Positions 41,708 through 50,670 of a DNA stretch of 64,000 bases are shown piece by piece. Position 1 is the first letter of the stretch, and every line of letters begins with the position of its first letter. Source of the stretch: an uncultured Armatimonadetes bacterium. GTDB lineage: Bacteria; Armatimonadota; Hebobacteria; Hebobacterales; Hebobacteraceae. The position numbers and the translations under genes were made by a program. Below the pieces are notes generated by a model, which ran no database searches, was not told the DNA's origin, and saw only the letters and a list, made by a program, of their open reading frames with translations. The stretch covers positions 832,001-896,000 of the forward strand of contig OY970296.1 of assembly GCA_963716175.1 (NCBI GenBank), read 5' to 3'.

Positions 41708-41880
41708 GTGCGCTTCTCCGGGAGAGCCTTTCGGCATCGCGGGGTAGTTCACCTAGCAGGAGAGAGCCGCGCCAGCCGCGCAGGTCATCCCTGGCGACCA
41801 GTAGCATGTTGGGCAGGAGCTTGCCTCCTGCCCAACCGGCCCTCCACCGATAGACGCCGATGGACACCGATGGGGTCCCT

Positions 41881-41945
41881 GTAGGGCGGGTATCCGCCCG
41901 CCGGTCCTGCGAAGCCTTGGCGGAGCAGGAAGGCGGATACCCGCC
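41881..41945. repeat. REP hairpin with nested element
   Basis: GTAGGGCGGGTATCCGCC-[CCTGCGAAGCCTTGGCGGAGCAGG]-GGCGGATACCCGCC. Confidence 0.7.
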
Positions 41946-42017
41946 GGCCGTTTCATCCGCGTCCATCTGTGTTCATCTGTGGCAATAGCCTGTGCCGCGA
42001 TAACCCCGCCGCCCGGC

Positions 42018-43953
42018 TCACATCACCAGCCCAAACGCCCTCGCGATATACACGGCCATCTGGTCCCGCGTCACCTGCTCATCCGGCCTGTAGGTGCCAT
42101 CGTCATACCCGTGCACCACGCCGTTGTCCACGCAGGCTTTGACCGCCGTGCCCGACCAGAAGCCGGCAGGCACATCAGAGAAAAGTTGGGGCGCGGCGGC
42201 CATGTCATCGCCGATCTCTACCCAGCCCTGAGAGCGGGCCACGAACACGGCCATCTGCCCGCGATCCACTACCACTTCCGGTCGGTAGTGCGTCGGGTCG
42301 TAGCCCTCCACCACACCGTGTCCCACGGCATACTCCACATACCTGTAGGCCCAGTGATCCGTGCCCACATCATCGAAGGTCGCCTCCGCGGGGCCGCTCG
42401 GGACATGCTCATCTCCGCCGGCGAGAGCGCGGGCTATGTACACCGCCATCTGATCGCGAGTGACGGAGAGACCGGGCTGATAGCTACCATCGGGATAACC
42501 GGCGACGATCCCGGCCGCGAAGCAAACCTCAATCTGCTCGTAGGCCCAGAAGCCTGGAGCCACATCAGCGAAAGTGAGGCGAACGAGAATGGACGATCTG
42601 GCTATTGCCCATATCGGCCACCCAGCAGGAGCCATCGGTGGGGTCGACGGACACGGAGTACGGGAAGTCGAACCCCCCTCCCCGCCACAGCTCCGCGCCT
42701 TCCGCCGACAGATGCACCACCTGGCTGTTGTCGGTGTCGGCTACCCAGCAGGAGCCGTCGGCGGAGTTCACAGAGACGGAGCCGGGTACGTTTGCGCGAC
42801 TTCCGCTGTTGAAGAAACTCCCTCCTCGCCAGAGCTGGTCCCCGTTCGCCCCCAGGTGAACCACCTGGTTGTTCTTAGTGTCGGCCACCCAACAAGAGCC
42901 ATCGGCGGGGTTCACGGAGACAGACGCAGGGCAGTAGAAGCCCCCTTCCCGCCGGAGCTCTGCGCCGTCTGCCCCCAAGTGCACCACCTGATTGACGCCG
43001 GTGTCGGCCACCCAACAGGAGCCGTCAGCCGGGTTCGCTGAGACGGACTCAGGATAAAGGAAACCCCCTCCCATCCAGAGCCGAGTGCCGTCTGTCCCCA
43101 GATGTGCCACGGACATGCTGGCCACCCAGCAGGAGCCGTCGCTGGGATTGACTGAGACGGCCAGGGGCAATCCACCACCGCTTCCTCCAATCCCTCCCCA
43201 CCATCCACGCCAAAGTTCGGTGCCGTCGGGCCCCACATTCACCACCTGGCCGCCATTGGTGGCAGCCACCCAGCAGGAGCCATCGCTGGGGTTCACAGAG
43301 ACGGAGTCGGGACCGTGGAAGCCCGTCCCGCGCCACAGCTGGGTGCCATCTGACCCTAAGTGCACGACCTGGCTGTTACCGGAATCGGCCACCCAGCAGG
43401 AGCCATCGCTGGAGTTTGCCGAGACGGACCGGGGGTTGCGGAAGCCCACTCCCCGCCACTGCTCCCCTCCGTTTGCCGCCAAGTGCACCACCCGGCCGCT
43501 GTCACACTCCGCCACCCAGCAGGAGCCATCCGCGGGGTTCACGGAGACAGAATAGGCCCATCCGAACCCCCCGCCCCGCCACAGTTCCCCTCCGCTGGCC
43601 GACAGGTGCACCACCTCGCTGTTGTAGTAGTTGTCCGTGTCCACCACCCAGCAGGAGCCGTCTGTGGGGTTTACCGAGATGCCATAGGGGCCCCGGAACC
43701 CGTTGCTCTGGGTGAGGATGGTCCCGTCCTGCGCCAGGTGCATGACCCTTGTGGTGCCCGTCGCTGCCCAGACCGAGCCATCCGTCGGGTTCACCGACAG
43801 GGACGAGGGCCTTCCAAAGGGGCTGCGCCAGGCCTCGACCACGGTCTCGCCCGCGGCCAAGGGAAGAGATGCCGAAAGCAGCAACAGGAGGGTGCACGCG
43901 GCCAGGGGGCAGGAGCAAGCTCCCGCCCAACGGATACCCGACTGAGCACTCAT
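42018..43953 (-). CDS. secreted NHL-like repeat (10x) protein with three C-terminal SLH domains; extra base near 42588
   Basis: P.SVSVNP.DGSCWVAD..N.QVVHL...G.ELWRG.GF x10; SLH F.DV....W...GY.DG.Y.P...VTRDQMAVYIARA; start ATG 43953. Confidence 0.85.
42590..43820 (-). repeat. coding tandem repeat, ~123-bp unit x10
   Basis: Recurrent GCCACCCAGCAGGAGCC(A/G)TC on the + strand. Confidence 0.85.
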
Positions 43954-44150
43954 CTGGTGCCCCCTCTTGGAGGCGAAGTGCGACGAGCATCTCTCGCCGC
44001 CAGGCTCAGAACGGTGACTCAGGAGGGTGAGGCACTGGTTCGGCGGGGGAAGACGGCGCTCCTCTCGGAGACAGCCGTGGAACCACGAAGACAAAGGGGA
44101 ACAGAAAACGGCGGGATTCTTCGCTGCGCTCAGAATGACAACAACGCCTC

Positions 44151-45680
44151 CTACTTGCTGATCCGCACCCGCCGTTTCGGCTCCACGCCGACGCTCTCCG
44201 AGCGCAGCTCGTACTGGCCCGCGAGCTGGTGCTGGAGACGGCGCAGGTGAGAGGACTGCGGGGTCAGCTCGATCGGCTTCGAGGTCAGCAGCACCTGCTC
44301 GGCTGCGGCCTGCGCCTCCTGCAAGGCCCGCTCCTCCGCGCTCACCCGGCTGAGGCGGAAGATCTCCCGCAGCGCCCCCAGGATCTGATGATAGGTATTC
44401 GATCGCACCATATGAACCGGCACCCGCTGGCTGGCCGCCTCCTGGAACTTGCCCGGATCCCGTCGCGAGTGAGCCTTCAGAGTAAGGATGGCGTCGGCCT
44501 GATCGGAGTGCTTCACCACCTGGGCGCGCAGGCCCAGGTCGGCCAGCGCCTTCTCCAGCTTGTTGCGGCTGATGCCATAGAGGAAGATCCGCAGCAGGCG
44601 CTGGCCATAGCCGGTTGCGCTGGGCTCGGAGACCTCGAAGGGCGTGGCCGCGTACTCCTCAAAGGTCTCCACCTGCTGTGGGGGGATAACCTCGAACTCG
44701 CCGTCAGGCTGGCGGATGCGGATCTCGGGCGCCGTGGCCAGACCCCGCAACGACCGATCCACCACCTCCGCCACGTCGTGGTGAATGGCCAGCTTGTTGA
44801 TCTCGGCGATCTCGACCACGATGTCGAAGGTGGGAGGGGCCTTGCGCTCCAGCACCGTCTTCTGAGTCCCGCGGCGTTTCGCTTCCTCATCGCTCAGGGT
44901 GACGGCATGGATGCCGCCGATGAGGTCACTCAGGGTAGGGTTCTGCATCAGATTATCGAGGCTCGTGCCGTGCGCGGTGCCGATCAACTGCACGCCGCGC
45001 TCGGCGATGGTACGGGCCGCCACCGCCTCCGCCTCGGTCCCGATCTCGTCTATCACGATCACCTCGGGCATGTGGTTCTCGACCGCCTCGATCATCACCG
45101 CATGCTGCAGCTCGGGCCGGCGCACCTGCATCCGCCGCGCGCGGCCGATGCCGGGATGAGGAATATCTCCGTCGCCTGCGATCTCATTGCTGGTGTCCAC
45201 TACCACCACCCGCTTGTTGAACTCATCCGCCAACACCCGCGCCACTTCCCGCAGCTTGGTGGTCTTGCCGATGCCGGGCCGGCCCAGGAAGAGGATGCTC
45301 TTGCCGGTCTCCACGATGTCGCGGATGATGTCCACGGTGCCATAGACCGAGCGCCCGATGCGGCAAGTGAGCCCCACGATTCGCCCCTGCCGATTGCGCA
45401 TGGCGGAGATCCGGTGCAGGGTGCGTTCGATCCCCGCCCGGTTGTCGTCGCTGAAGGCGCCGACCCGGGCCACGATGTGCTCGATATCCTCTCGCGTCAC
45501 CGGCTGCAAGGACAAGGACACCACGTCGCCGGGGAAGCGCGCCTCCGGCTCCCGCCCCAGGTCCAGCACCACCTCCAGCAGGTCGTCCCGGCGGTTGTAC
45601 TCCCGCAGCGGCTTCTCTATCCGCGGGGGCAGCGCCTGGTACAGCAGCTCCAGATCGTCGGTGATTTTGAGTTCAGGCAT
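44151..45680 (-). CDS. Ycf45/SpoIIIAA-like AAA ATPase with C-terminal R3H domain
   Basis: DNRAGIERTLHRIS, GRPGIGKTT, VDTSNEIAGDGD, EAVENHMPE, RRLQH (R3H). Confidence 0.9.
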   Translation of the reverse strand: MPELKITDDLELLYQALPPRIEKPLREYNRRDDLLEVVLDLGREPEARFPGDVVSLSLQPVTREDIEHIVARVGAFSDDNRAGIERTLHRISAMRNRQGRIVGLTCRIGRSVYGTVDIIRDIVETGKSILFLGRPGIGKTTKLREVARVLADEFNKRVVVVDTSNEIAGDGDIPHPGIGRARRMQVRRPELQHAVMIEAVENHMPEVIVIDEIGTEAEAVAARTIAERGVQLIGTAHGTSLDNLMQNPTLSDLIGGIHAVTLSDEEAKRRGTQKTVLERKAPPTFDIVVEIAEINKLAIHHDVAEVVDRSLRGLATAPEIRIRQPDGEFEVIPPQQVETFEEYAATPFEVSEPSATGYGQRLLRIFLYGISRNKLEKALADLGLRAQVVKHSDQADAILTLKAHSRRDPGKFQEAASQRVPVHMVRSNTYHQILGALREIFRLSRVSAEERALQEAQAAAEQVLLTSKPIELTPQSSHLRRLQHQLAGQYELRSESVGVEPKRRVRISK

Positions 45681-45800
45681 GACTTGCAGCCCTTCAGGGG
45701 AACAGCTTACTGACGCGACAAGCATTAGGATACCATGATTCCAGGGCAGCGAGAAGGCGAACGCGGATGCTGCGGGGCAGTCGTGCCTAGGCCCGACACC

Positions 45801-45852
45801 GGCGGGCATGCGTCCGCCGGCCGCTGGCAGGCGTCCGACATACCCGCCCTAC
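45801..45852. repeat. REP hairpin whose GTAG supplies the ltaE stop codon
   Basis: Minus strand CTG TAG GGCGGGTATG..CATGCCCGCC. Confidence 0.6.
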
Positions 45853-46892
45853 AGGGGACCTAACACATCGGCAATGACTCCCAATGCCCGGTCAACCTGC
45901 TCTCTGGTGACATCCCGGTGGGTGACGAAGCGGAGGCGGTAGTGGTCTACGGGCAGGCTGCGCACCTTCTTCTCCTCCAGGGCGCCCGCCAACTCCGCGG
46001 CGGGTCGCCCCAGGGGCCTGGTGTCAACCGAGACGATGTTGGTCTGGGTCGCCTCCAGGTTCACCAGGCCAGGCCGAACCCGCTCGATCCCTTCCGCCAA
46101 CCGCCGGGCGTTGGCGTGATCCTCCGCCAGGCGGGGGATCATGGTCTCCAGGGCCACGATTCCGGCCGCCGCCATGTGGCCGATCTGGCGCACGTTCCCG
46201 CCGATCCGCTGCCGCATCGCCCGGGCGCGGGTGATGAACTCGGCGCTCCCGCACAAGAGCGACCCATAGGGGGCGCATAGGCCTTTGCTCAGCCCGAACA
46301 TCACCGACTGACAGCCCTCGGTGAGCGCGCGGGCGGGCACGCCCAGGGCCACCGCGGCGTTGAAGATCCGCTCCCCGTCCAGATGAACAGCAATCTCATG
46401 CTTGCGCGCGATCTCCCATAGCTCGCGCATATACCGCACTTCGAGACACGCGCCACCGGCCATGTTGTGGGTGTTCTCCACCACGATCAGCGCAGTGCGC
46501 GGTCGCAGCCGGCTGCCAGGCTGAATCTCGGCCTCCATTTGCTGCAGATCCATCTTGCCCGCCCGGCCCGGGAGCGTGCGGGCGACGCCCCCGGCAATGA
46601 CGCTGAGACTGCCGGCCTCGAAGCGCAGGAAATGCGAATCCCGCTCCGCCATCACCTCCTCGCCCGGCCGCAGGTGAGCCATGAGCGCCACCAGATTCGC
46701 CATGGTGCCGGAGGTGCAGAAGAGCCCGGCCTCGCGCCCCACCATTTCCGCCCCCATGCTCTCCAGGCGCTGGGCGGTAGGATCCCCCTCCCGGCCATCG
46801 TCGGCGACGATGGCTTCGGCCATCGCCCGGCGCATCTCTGCGGTGGGATGGGTGACGCTATCGCTGCGCAGATCCACGCTCAGATCAGGCAT
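45849..46892 (-). CDS. ltaE: low-specificity L-threonine aldolase
   Basis: DLRSDSVT, SGTMAN, ENTHN, HLDG.RIFNA, LSKGLCAP, RFVTH. Confidence 0.9.
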   Translation of the reverse strand: MPDLSVDLRSDSVTHPTAEMRRAMAEAIVADDGREGDPTAQRLESMGAEMVGREAGLFCTSGTMANLVALMAHLRPGEEVMAERDSHFLRFEAGSLSVIAGGVARTLPGRAGKMDLQQMEAEIQPGSRLRPRTALIVVENTHNMAGGACLEVRYMRELWEIARKHEIAVHLDGERIFNAAVALGVPARALTEGCQSVMFGLSKGLCAPYGSLLCGSAEFITRARAMRQRIGGNVRQIGHMAAAGIVALETMIPRLAEDHANARRLAEGIERVRPGLVNLEATQTNIVSVDTRPLGRPAAELAGALEEKKVRSLPVDHYRLRFVTHRDVTREQVDRALGVIADVLGPL

Positions 46893-46973
46893 GCGCACCT
46901 CCGGTAGCAGCACTCGGTATACTGAGTATACGACATTGGCGGCGAGCTTTCCCCTGCTGGACGGCCATCGCCG

Positions 46974-47002
46974 TTGTGCGCGCTGGGCGGGGGCGCTATA
47001 AT
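46974..47002 (+). promoter_or_regulatory. putative sigma70 promoter
   Basis: TTGTGC-N17-TATAAT upstream of 47032. Confidence 0.55.
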
Positions 47003-47031
47003 GCCCGGGACATCCGCTGGAAGGAGCCACG

Positions 47032-47253
47032 GTGCAGATCATCCAGAAGGGCTACGGGGAAGTGAAGCTGGCCGGCAGCGGCGAGACCATCGCGGGGGAG
47101 ATCACACTGCACGCTGAAGGGTGGGTCGCGGTGGCCGCGGTCCCGCCCACGGAGGATAACGAGGTGCGGTGGTTTCCAAACGAGCAGGTGGCCGAGGTGG
47201 CCTGGCGGAAGAGCCTCGCCATGAAGGCCCCCAGGGGGCCACGCGCAGACTAA
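47032..47253 (+). CDS. small hypothetical beta-rich protein
   Basis: RBS GAAGGAG, upstream promoter, protein-like sequence. Confidence 0.6.
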   Translation: MQIIQKGYGEVKLAGSGETIAGEITLHAEGWVAVAAVPPTEDNEVRWFPNEQVAEVAWRKSLAMKAPRGPRAD

Positions 47254-47262
47254 CACAGTCCT

Positions 47263-47288
47263 GTAGGGCGCGGTCTCCGGACCGCGCC
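47263..47288. repeat. GTAG-type REP hairpin
   Basis: GTAGGGCGCGGTC-TCCG-GACCGCGCC. Confidence 0.65.
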
Positions 47289-47349
47289 TGGCGGCATCAA
47301 GAGATGCGGCCCTGCAATTGCCGCCTGGCAAGGAGGTAGCTGAGAGACC

Positions 47350-47571
47350 ATGTTCCGAGTACGAGTCGTGGCACGGGGCCGGCTAGCGAAGTACTCTCGC
47401 ATCGAGACCGATGGAACCGATGTGACCTTGCCCGAAGGGGGGCGGGTGCGAGATCTCCTGGTCGAGGTCGGGGTGTTCGACGAAGAGGTGCGGACGGTCA
47501 TGGTCAACGGGCGGCGCGGCCGCCTCGACCAAACGCTGCATCGAGACGACACCATCGAGCTGCAGTCCTGA
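47350..47571 (+). CDS. MoaD/ThiS-like beta-grasp protein lacking C-terminal GG
   Basis: VTLPEGGRVRDLL..VG....VMVNG......L..DD.IEL; RBS AAGGAGG. Confidence 0.75.
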   Translation: MFRVRVVARGRLAKYSRIETDGTDVTLPEGGRVRDLLVEVGVFDEEVRTVMVNGRRGRLDQTLHRDDTIELQS

Positions 47572-47912
47572 GCCAGGTTGCTTTCGGCAGGATTGCATCC
47601 ATCCGCGGCACGAAGAGCGGCTTCCGATCACCTGGCGCAGGCCGGCCGCCTGCCGCGGGGTCTGCTTGTCGCCCCCACCCTGGTTCTCCGCGAGCACGCG
47701 CTCGCACCCAGCCAGCTGGCGCGATCGAGCTGGGTTCGTCTTCCCATTTCCCTAGCGCCAGCCACACGGCGCAATCATCTCCGCCCTACAGGTGTGCCCG
47801 CTACCGGCCAAGAACAGTTGCGAGAACCCAGGGAACCGATAGGCTGCAAAGAACGTGCTGCTATTCGACTGGGGCGCGCGGGGTGACTCTTGAGCGGAGG
47901 CATGAGCCTGGT

Positions 47913-49358
47913 ATGACGAAGAGACGAATTGCTTGCAGCGTGGGGACTGCGGTGATGCTGGCGCTGGGGGCCTTCGGGGTCGCAGCCTCCGGGGCAGAGG
48001 GCGCAGGCAAGGAAGCGCCGGCCTCATCGCCCACCCTTCAGGCGCTGATCGCGGAGGCCCTGGACCGGAGCGCCGAGCTGGCGGCGATGCGCGAGCAGAT
48101 CGCCGCCGCGCAAGCGCGCGTCATCACCGCCGCGGGCCTGCCTGATCCCATGGCCTCCGCCGGCCTGACCAGCATCCCCGTCGGTGGCCTCAGCTTGACC
48201 CAGGACCCAATGAGCGGGGTTGATCTCATGCTCTCTCAGCATGTCCCCCGAAGCGTGCGGCGCCGCCTCCGAGGCGAGATCCAAGAGGGCGAAGTGCTGG
48301 CCCTGGAGGCCCGCTATGCCGCCATCGCCAACGGCATCGTGCGGGGGGTGAAGCAAGGTTATATAGACCTACAGTACCTCGACGAGGCGGTCGCGATCTC
48401 TGAGCAGAACCGGGACATCGCGGCTGATGTGCTCGCGATCTCAGAGGTGCAGTACGCCACCGGAAAGGTAGGCCAGCAGGATGTGTTCCAAAGCCAGGTG
48501 CAGCTCTCCCGGCTGCTGGACTCGCTGGTGCTGCTACGGAGAGAGCGAGCCGCCGCCGCCACTCGCCTCAATCGCCTACTCTACCGGCCCCCCGGGCAGC
48601 TCATCCCCAAGCTCCCAGGCCTGGCGCACACCACGCCTTCGGGCGAAGCCATCTCCGCGGCGCTGCTGAAGGAGAAGAACTCGGTGCTGCGGGAGTCGCT
48701 CGCCCGGATTCAGCAGGCCGCCAGCCAGGTGCGGCTGGCCGAACAGTGGCGAAAGCCCGACTACACGCTCACCTTCGGCTACATGATCCGCCAGCAGATG
48801 GACGCCGACCCCATGACCGGCACCGACATGTGGTCGGCCTCCGTCGGCATCAACCTGCCCTGGCTCAATCGCAGAGTTCACGAGCAAGAGCTGCGCGCGG
48901 CGCAGGCCGAGCACCGCGGCAGCCAGCAGAGCTTGCAGGTCGCACTCAACGCCATTCCCTCTCGCATCGAGGAGCTGACCATCGAGATCCAGAGAAGCGA
49001 CGAGCAACTCTCCCTGGTGGAGACAGGCTTGCTCCCACAGGCAGAGGGCGCGCTCGCCGCCTCCCGCGCCGCCTACGTCACCGGCAAGACGACCCTGCTC
49101 AACGTGCTGAGCAACCAGCTCAACCTCTACAACCTGCAGTTGGAGCGAGTGCAATTGCTGCGCGAGCACGAGCAGAACCTGGCCGAGTTGGAGTACGAGA
49201 CCAGCGGCGCACTTCAGCCGCAGGCCATGGCCCCGGTATCGGCACCAGCCCTGTCGCCCGCGCCTGGCGCAACGCCATCCATGGGCGGCGATATGCCACC
49301 ACAGACGGACCCCCAAGTGGAAGGTCAGCCGTCTATGACTCCGATGTCGGGGGAGTAG
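47913..49358 (+). CDS. cusC: TolC-family outer membrane efflux protein (CusC-like)
   Basis: Signal peptide, LPDPM, Y..GK..QQDV, INLPW, AYVTGKT; first gene of the RND operon. Confidence 0.85.
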   Translation: MTKRRIACSVGTAVMLALGAFGVAASGAEGAGKEAPASSPTLQALIAEALDRSAELAAMREQIAAAQARVITAAGLPDPMASAGLTSIPVGGLSLTQDPMSGVDLMLSQHVPRSVRRRLRGEIQEGEVLALEARYAAIANGIVRGVKQGYIDLQYLDEAVAISEQNRDIAADVLAISEVQYATGKVGQQDVFQSQVQLSRLLDSLVLLRRERAAAATRLNRLLYRPPGQLIPKLPGLAHTTPSGEAISAALLKEKNSVLRESLARIQQAASQVRLAEQWRKPDYTLTFGYMIRQQMDADPMTGTDMWSASVGINLPWLNRRVHEQELRAAQAEHRGSQQSLQVALNAIPSRIEELTIEIQRSDEQLSLVETGLLPQAEGALAASRAAYVTGKTTLLNVLSNQLNLYNLQLERVQLLREHEQNLAELEYETSGALQPQAMAPVSAPALSPAPGATPSMGGDMPPQTDPQVEGQPSMTPMSGE

Positions 49359-49365
49359 GAGAACC

Positions 49366-50652
49366 TTGGCCATGCACACCAGAGCAGACAGGCGAAGCCT
49401 CCGCTGGCTGCTACCCGTTGGCATCCTGGTGGTAGTCGCCGCCTATCTCCTCACCACCCATCGCTCTTCCCATCGCAGACAGCTAGCAGCCACGGCCGCG
49501 CGCAGGTCCGGCCAGGAGCAGGCGAGCGCGGGTGGGATGGAGGGCATGCCCGGAAAGGGGGGCGCCCCCGCCGCCTCCAAGGCGGCTCCGACCAAGCCAG
49601 AGGTCAGCAATGTCCCCGGCCGTGTAGCGGTGCAGATAGACCCGGCCCGCCAGCAGCTTATCGGGGTCACCACCGCTCCTGTCGAGCGCCGCAAGCTGGA
49701 CCGGGTGGTGCGCACCGTGGGGCTGGTGAGAGTGGACGAGGAGCTGCTCTCGGATATCTACTCCAAGGTTCCCGGGTGGATCGAGAGGCTCTATGCCAAT
49801 GAGACCGGCAGGATGGTGCGCAAGGGCCAGCCTCTGCTCACCATCTACAGTCCGGATCTGGTGAGCACTCAGCAGGAATACCTGGTCGCGCTCCGCTCCC
49901 GCGACCGGCTGGCAAAGAGCCCCTTCCCCGAGGTCAGCCGCAGCGGCCAGACCCTGGTCCAGGCCGCCCGTGAGCGCCTCAGCCTGTGGGACATCCCGGA
50001 GAAAGAGATCCAACGCCTGGAGAAGACCGGGCAGGTGCGCAAGACCCTCACCCTCTACGCCCCCAGCACCGGCTACATTACCCAGAAGCAGGCGGTGGAG
50101 GGGGTTCAAGTCAGCCCCGGCATGCCGCTGTTCAAGCTGGCCGGGCTCTCTCGGGTCTGGGTGGATGCCGCTATCTACGAGAACGAGGCCACCCTGGTGA
50201 AGGTGGGCCAATGGGCCCAGCTCACCCTGGACGCTTATCCGGGGAAGACCTTCAAGGGCCGGGTGAAGTACATCTACCCCACCGTGGAGGCGGCGACTCG
50301 CACCTTGACCGCGCGCTTCGAGTTCCCCAACCCCGGCCTCGCCCTGAAGCCGGACATGTACGCCAATGTCCTGGTCCTGGTGCCGACCGCGGAGGCGCTG
50401 TCGGTCCCAGAGACCGCGGTGATTGACACCGGCGTCAGCACGGTGGTCTTCCTCAAGGCCGGGGCGGGCACGTTCATCCCTCGCGAGGTCACGGTGGGCC
50501 CCCGGGCGGCCGGCTACTACCCGGTGCTGGCTGGCCTCCAGGCCGGCGAGGAGGTAGTCACCAGCGCCAACTTCCTGATTGACTCAGAGGCCCAATTCCG
50601 CGCCGCGGTGGAGGCGATGAAAGCTGGCGCCCACGCGGGCCACGGCGGGTAG
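49366..50652 (+). CDS. cusB: RND periplasmic adaptor (CusB-like)
   Basis: QQLIGV, GWIERLY, IYSPDLVSTQQEYL, IYPTV...TRT, LKPDMYA, FLIDSE. Confidence 0.9.
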   Translation: MAMHTRADRRSLRWLLPVGILVVVAAYLLTTHRSSHRRQLAATAARRSGQEQASAGGMEGMPGKGGAPAASKAAPTKPEVSNVPGRVAVQIDPARQQLIGVTTAPVERRKLDRVVRTVGLVRVDEELLSDIYSKVPGWIERLYANETGRMVRKGQPLLTIYSPDLVSTQQEYLVALRSRDRLAKSPFPEVSRSGQTLVQAARERLSLWDIPEKEIQRLEKTGQVRKTLTLYAPSTGYITQKQAVEGVQVSPGMPLFKLAGLSRVWVDAAIYENEATLVKVGQWAQLTLDAYPGKTFKGRVKYIYPTVEAATRTLTARFEFPNPGLALKPDMYANVLVLVPTAEALSVPETAVIDTGVSTVVFLKAGAGTFIPREVTVGPRAAGYYPVLAGLQAGEEVVTSANFLIDSEAQFRAAVEAMKAGAHAGHGG

Positions 50653-50670
50653 CTGCTCTGGAGTGCCATC

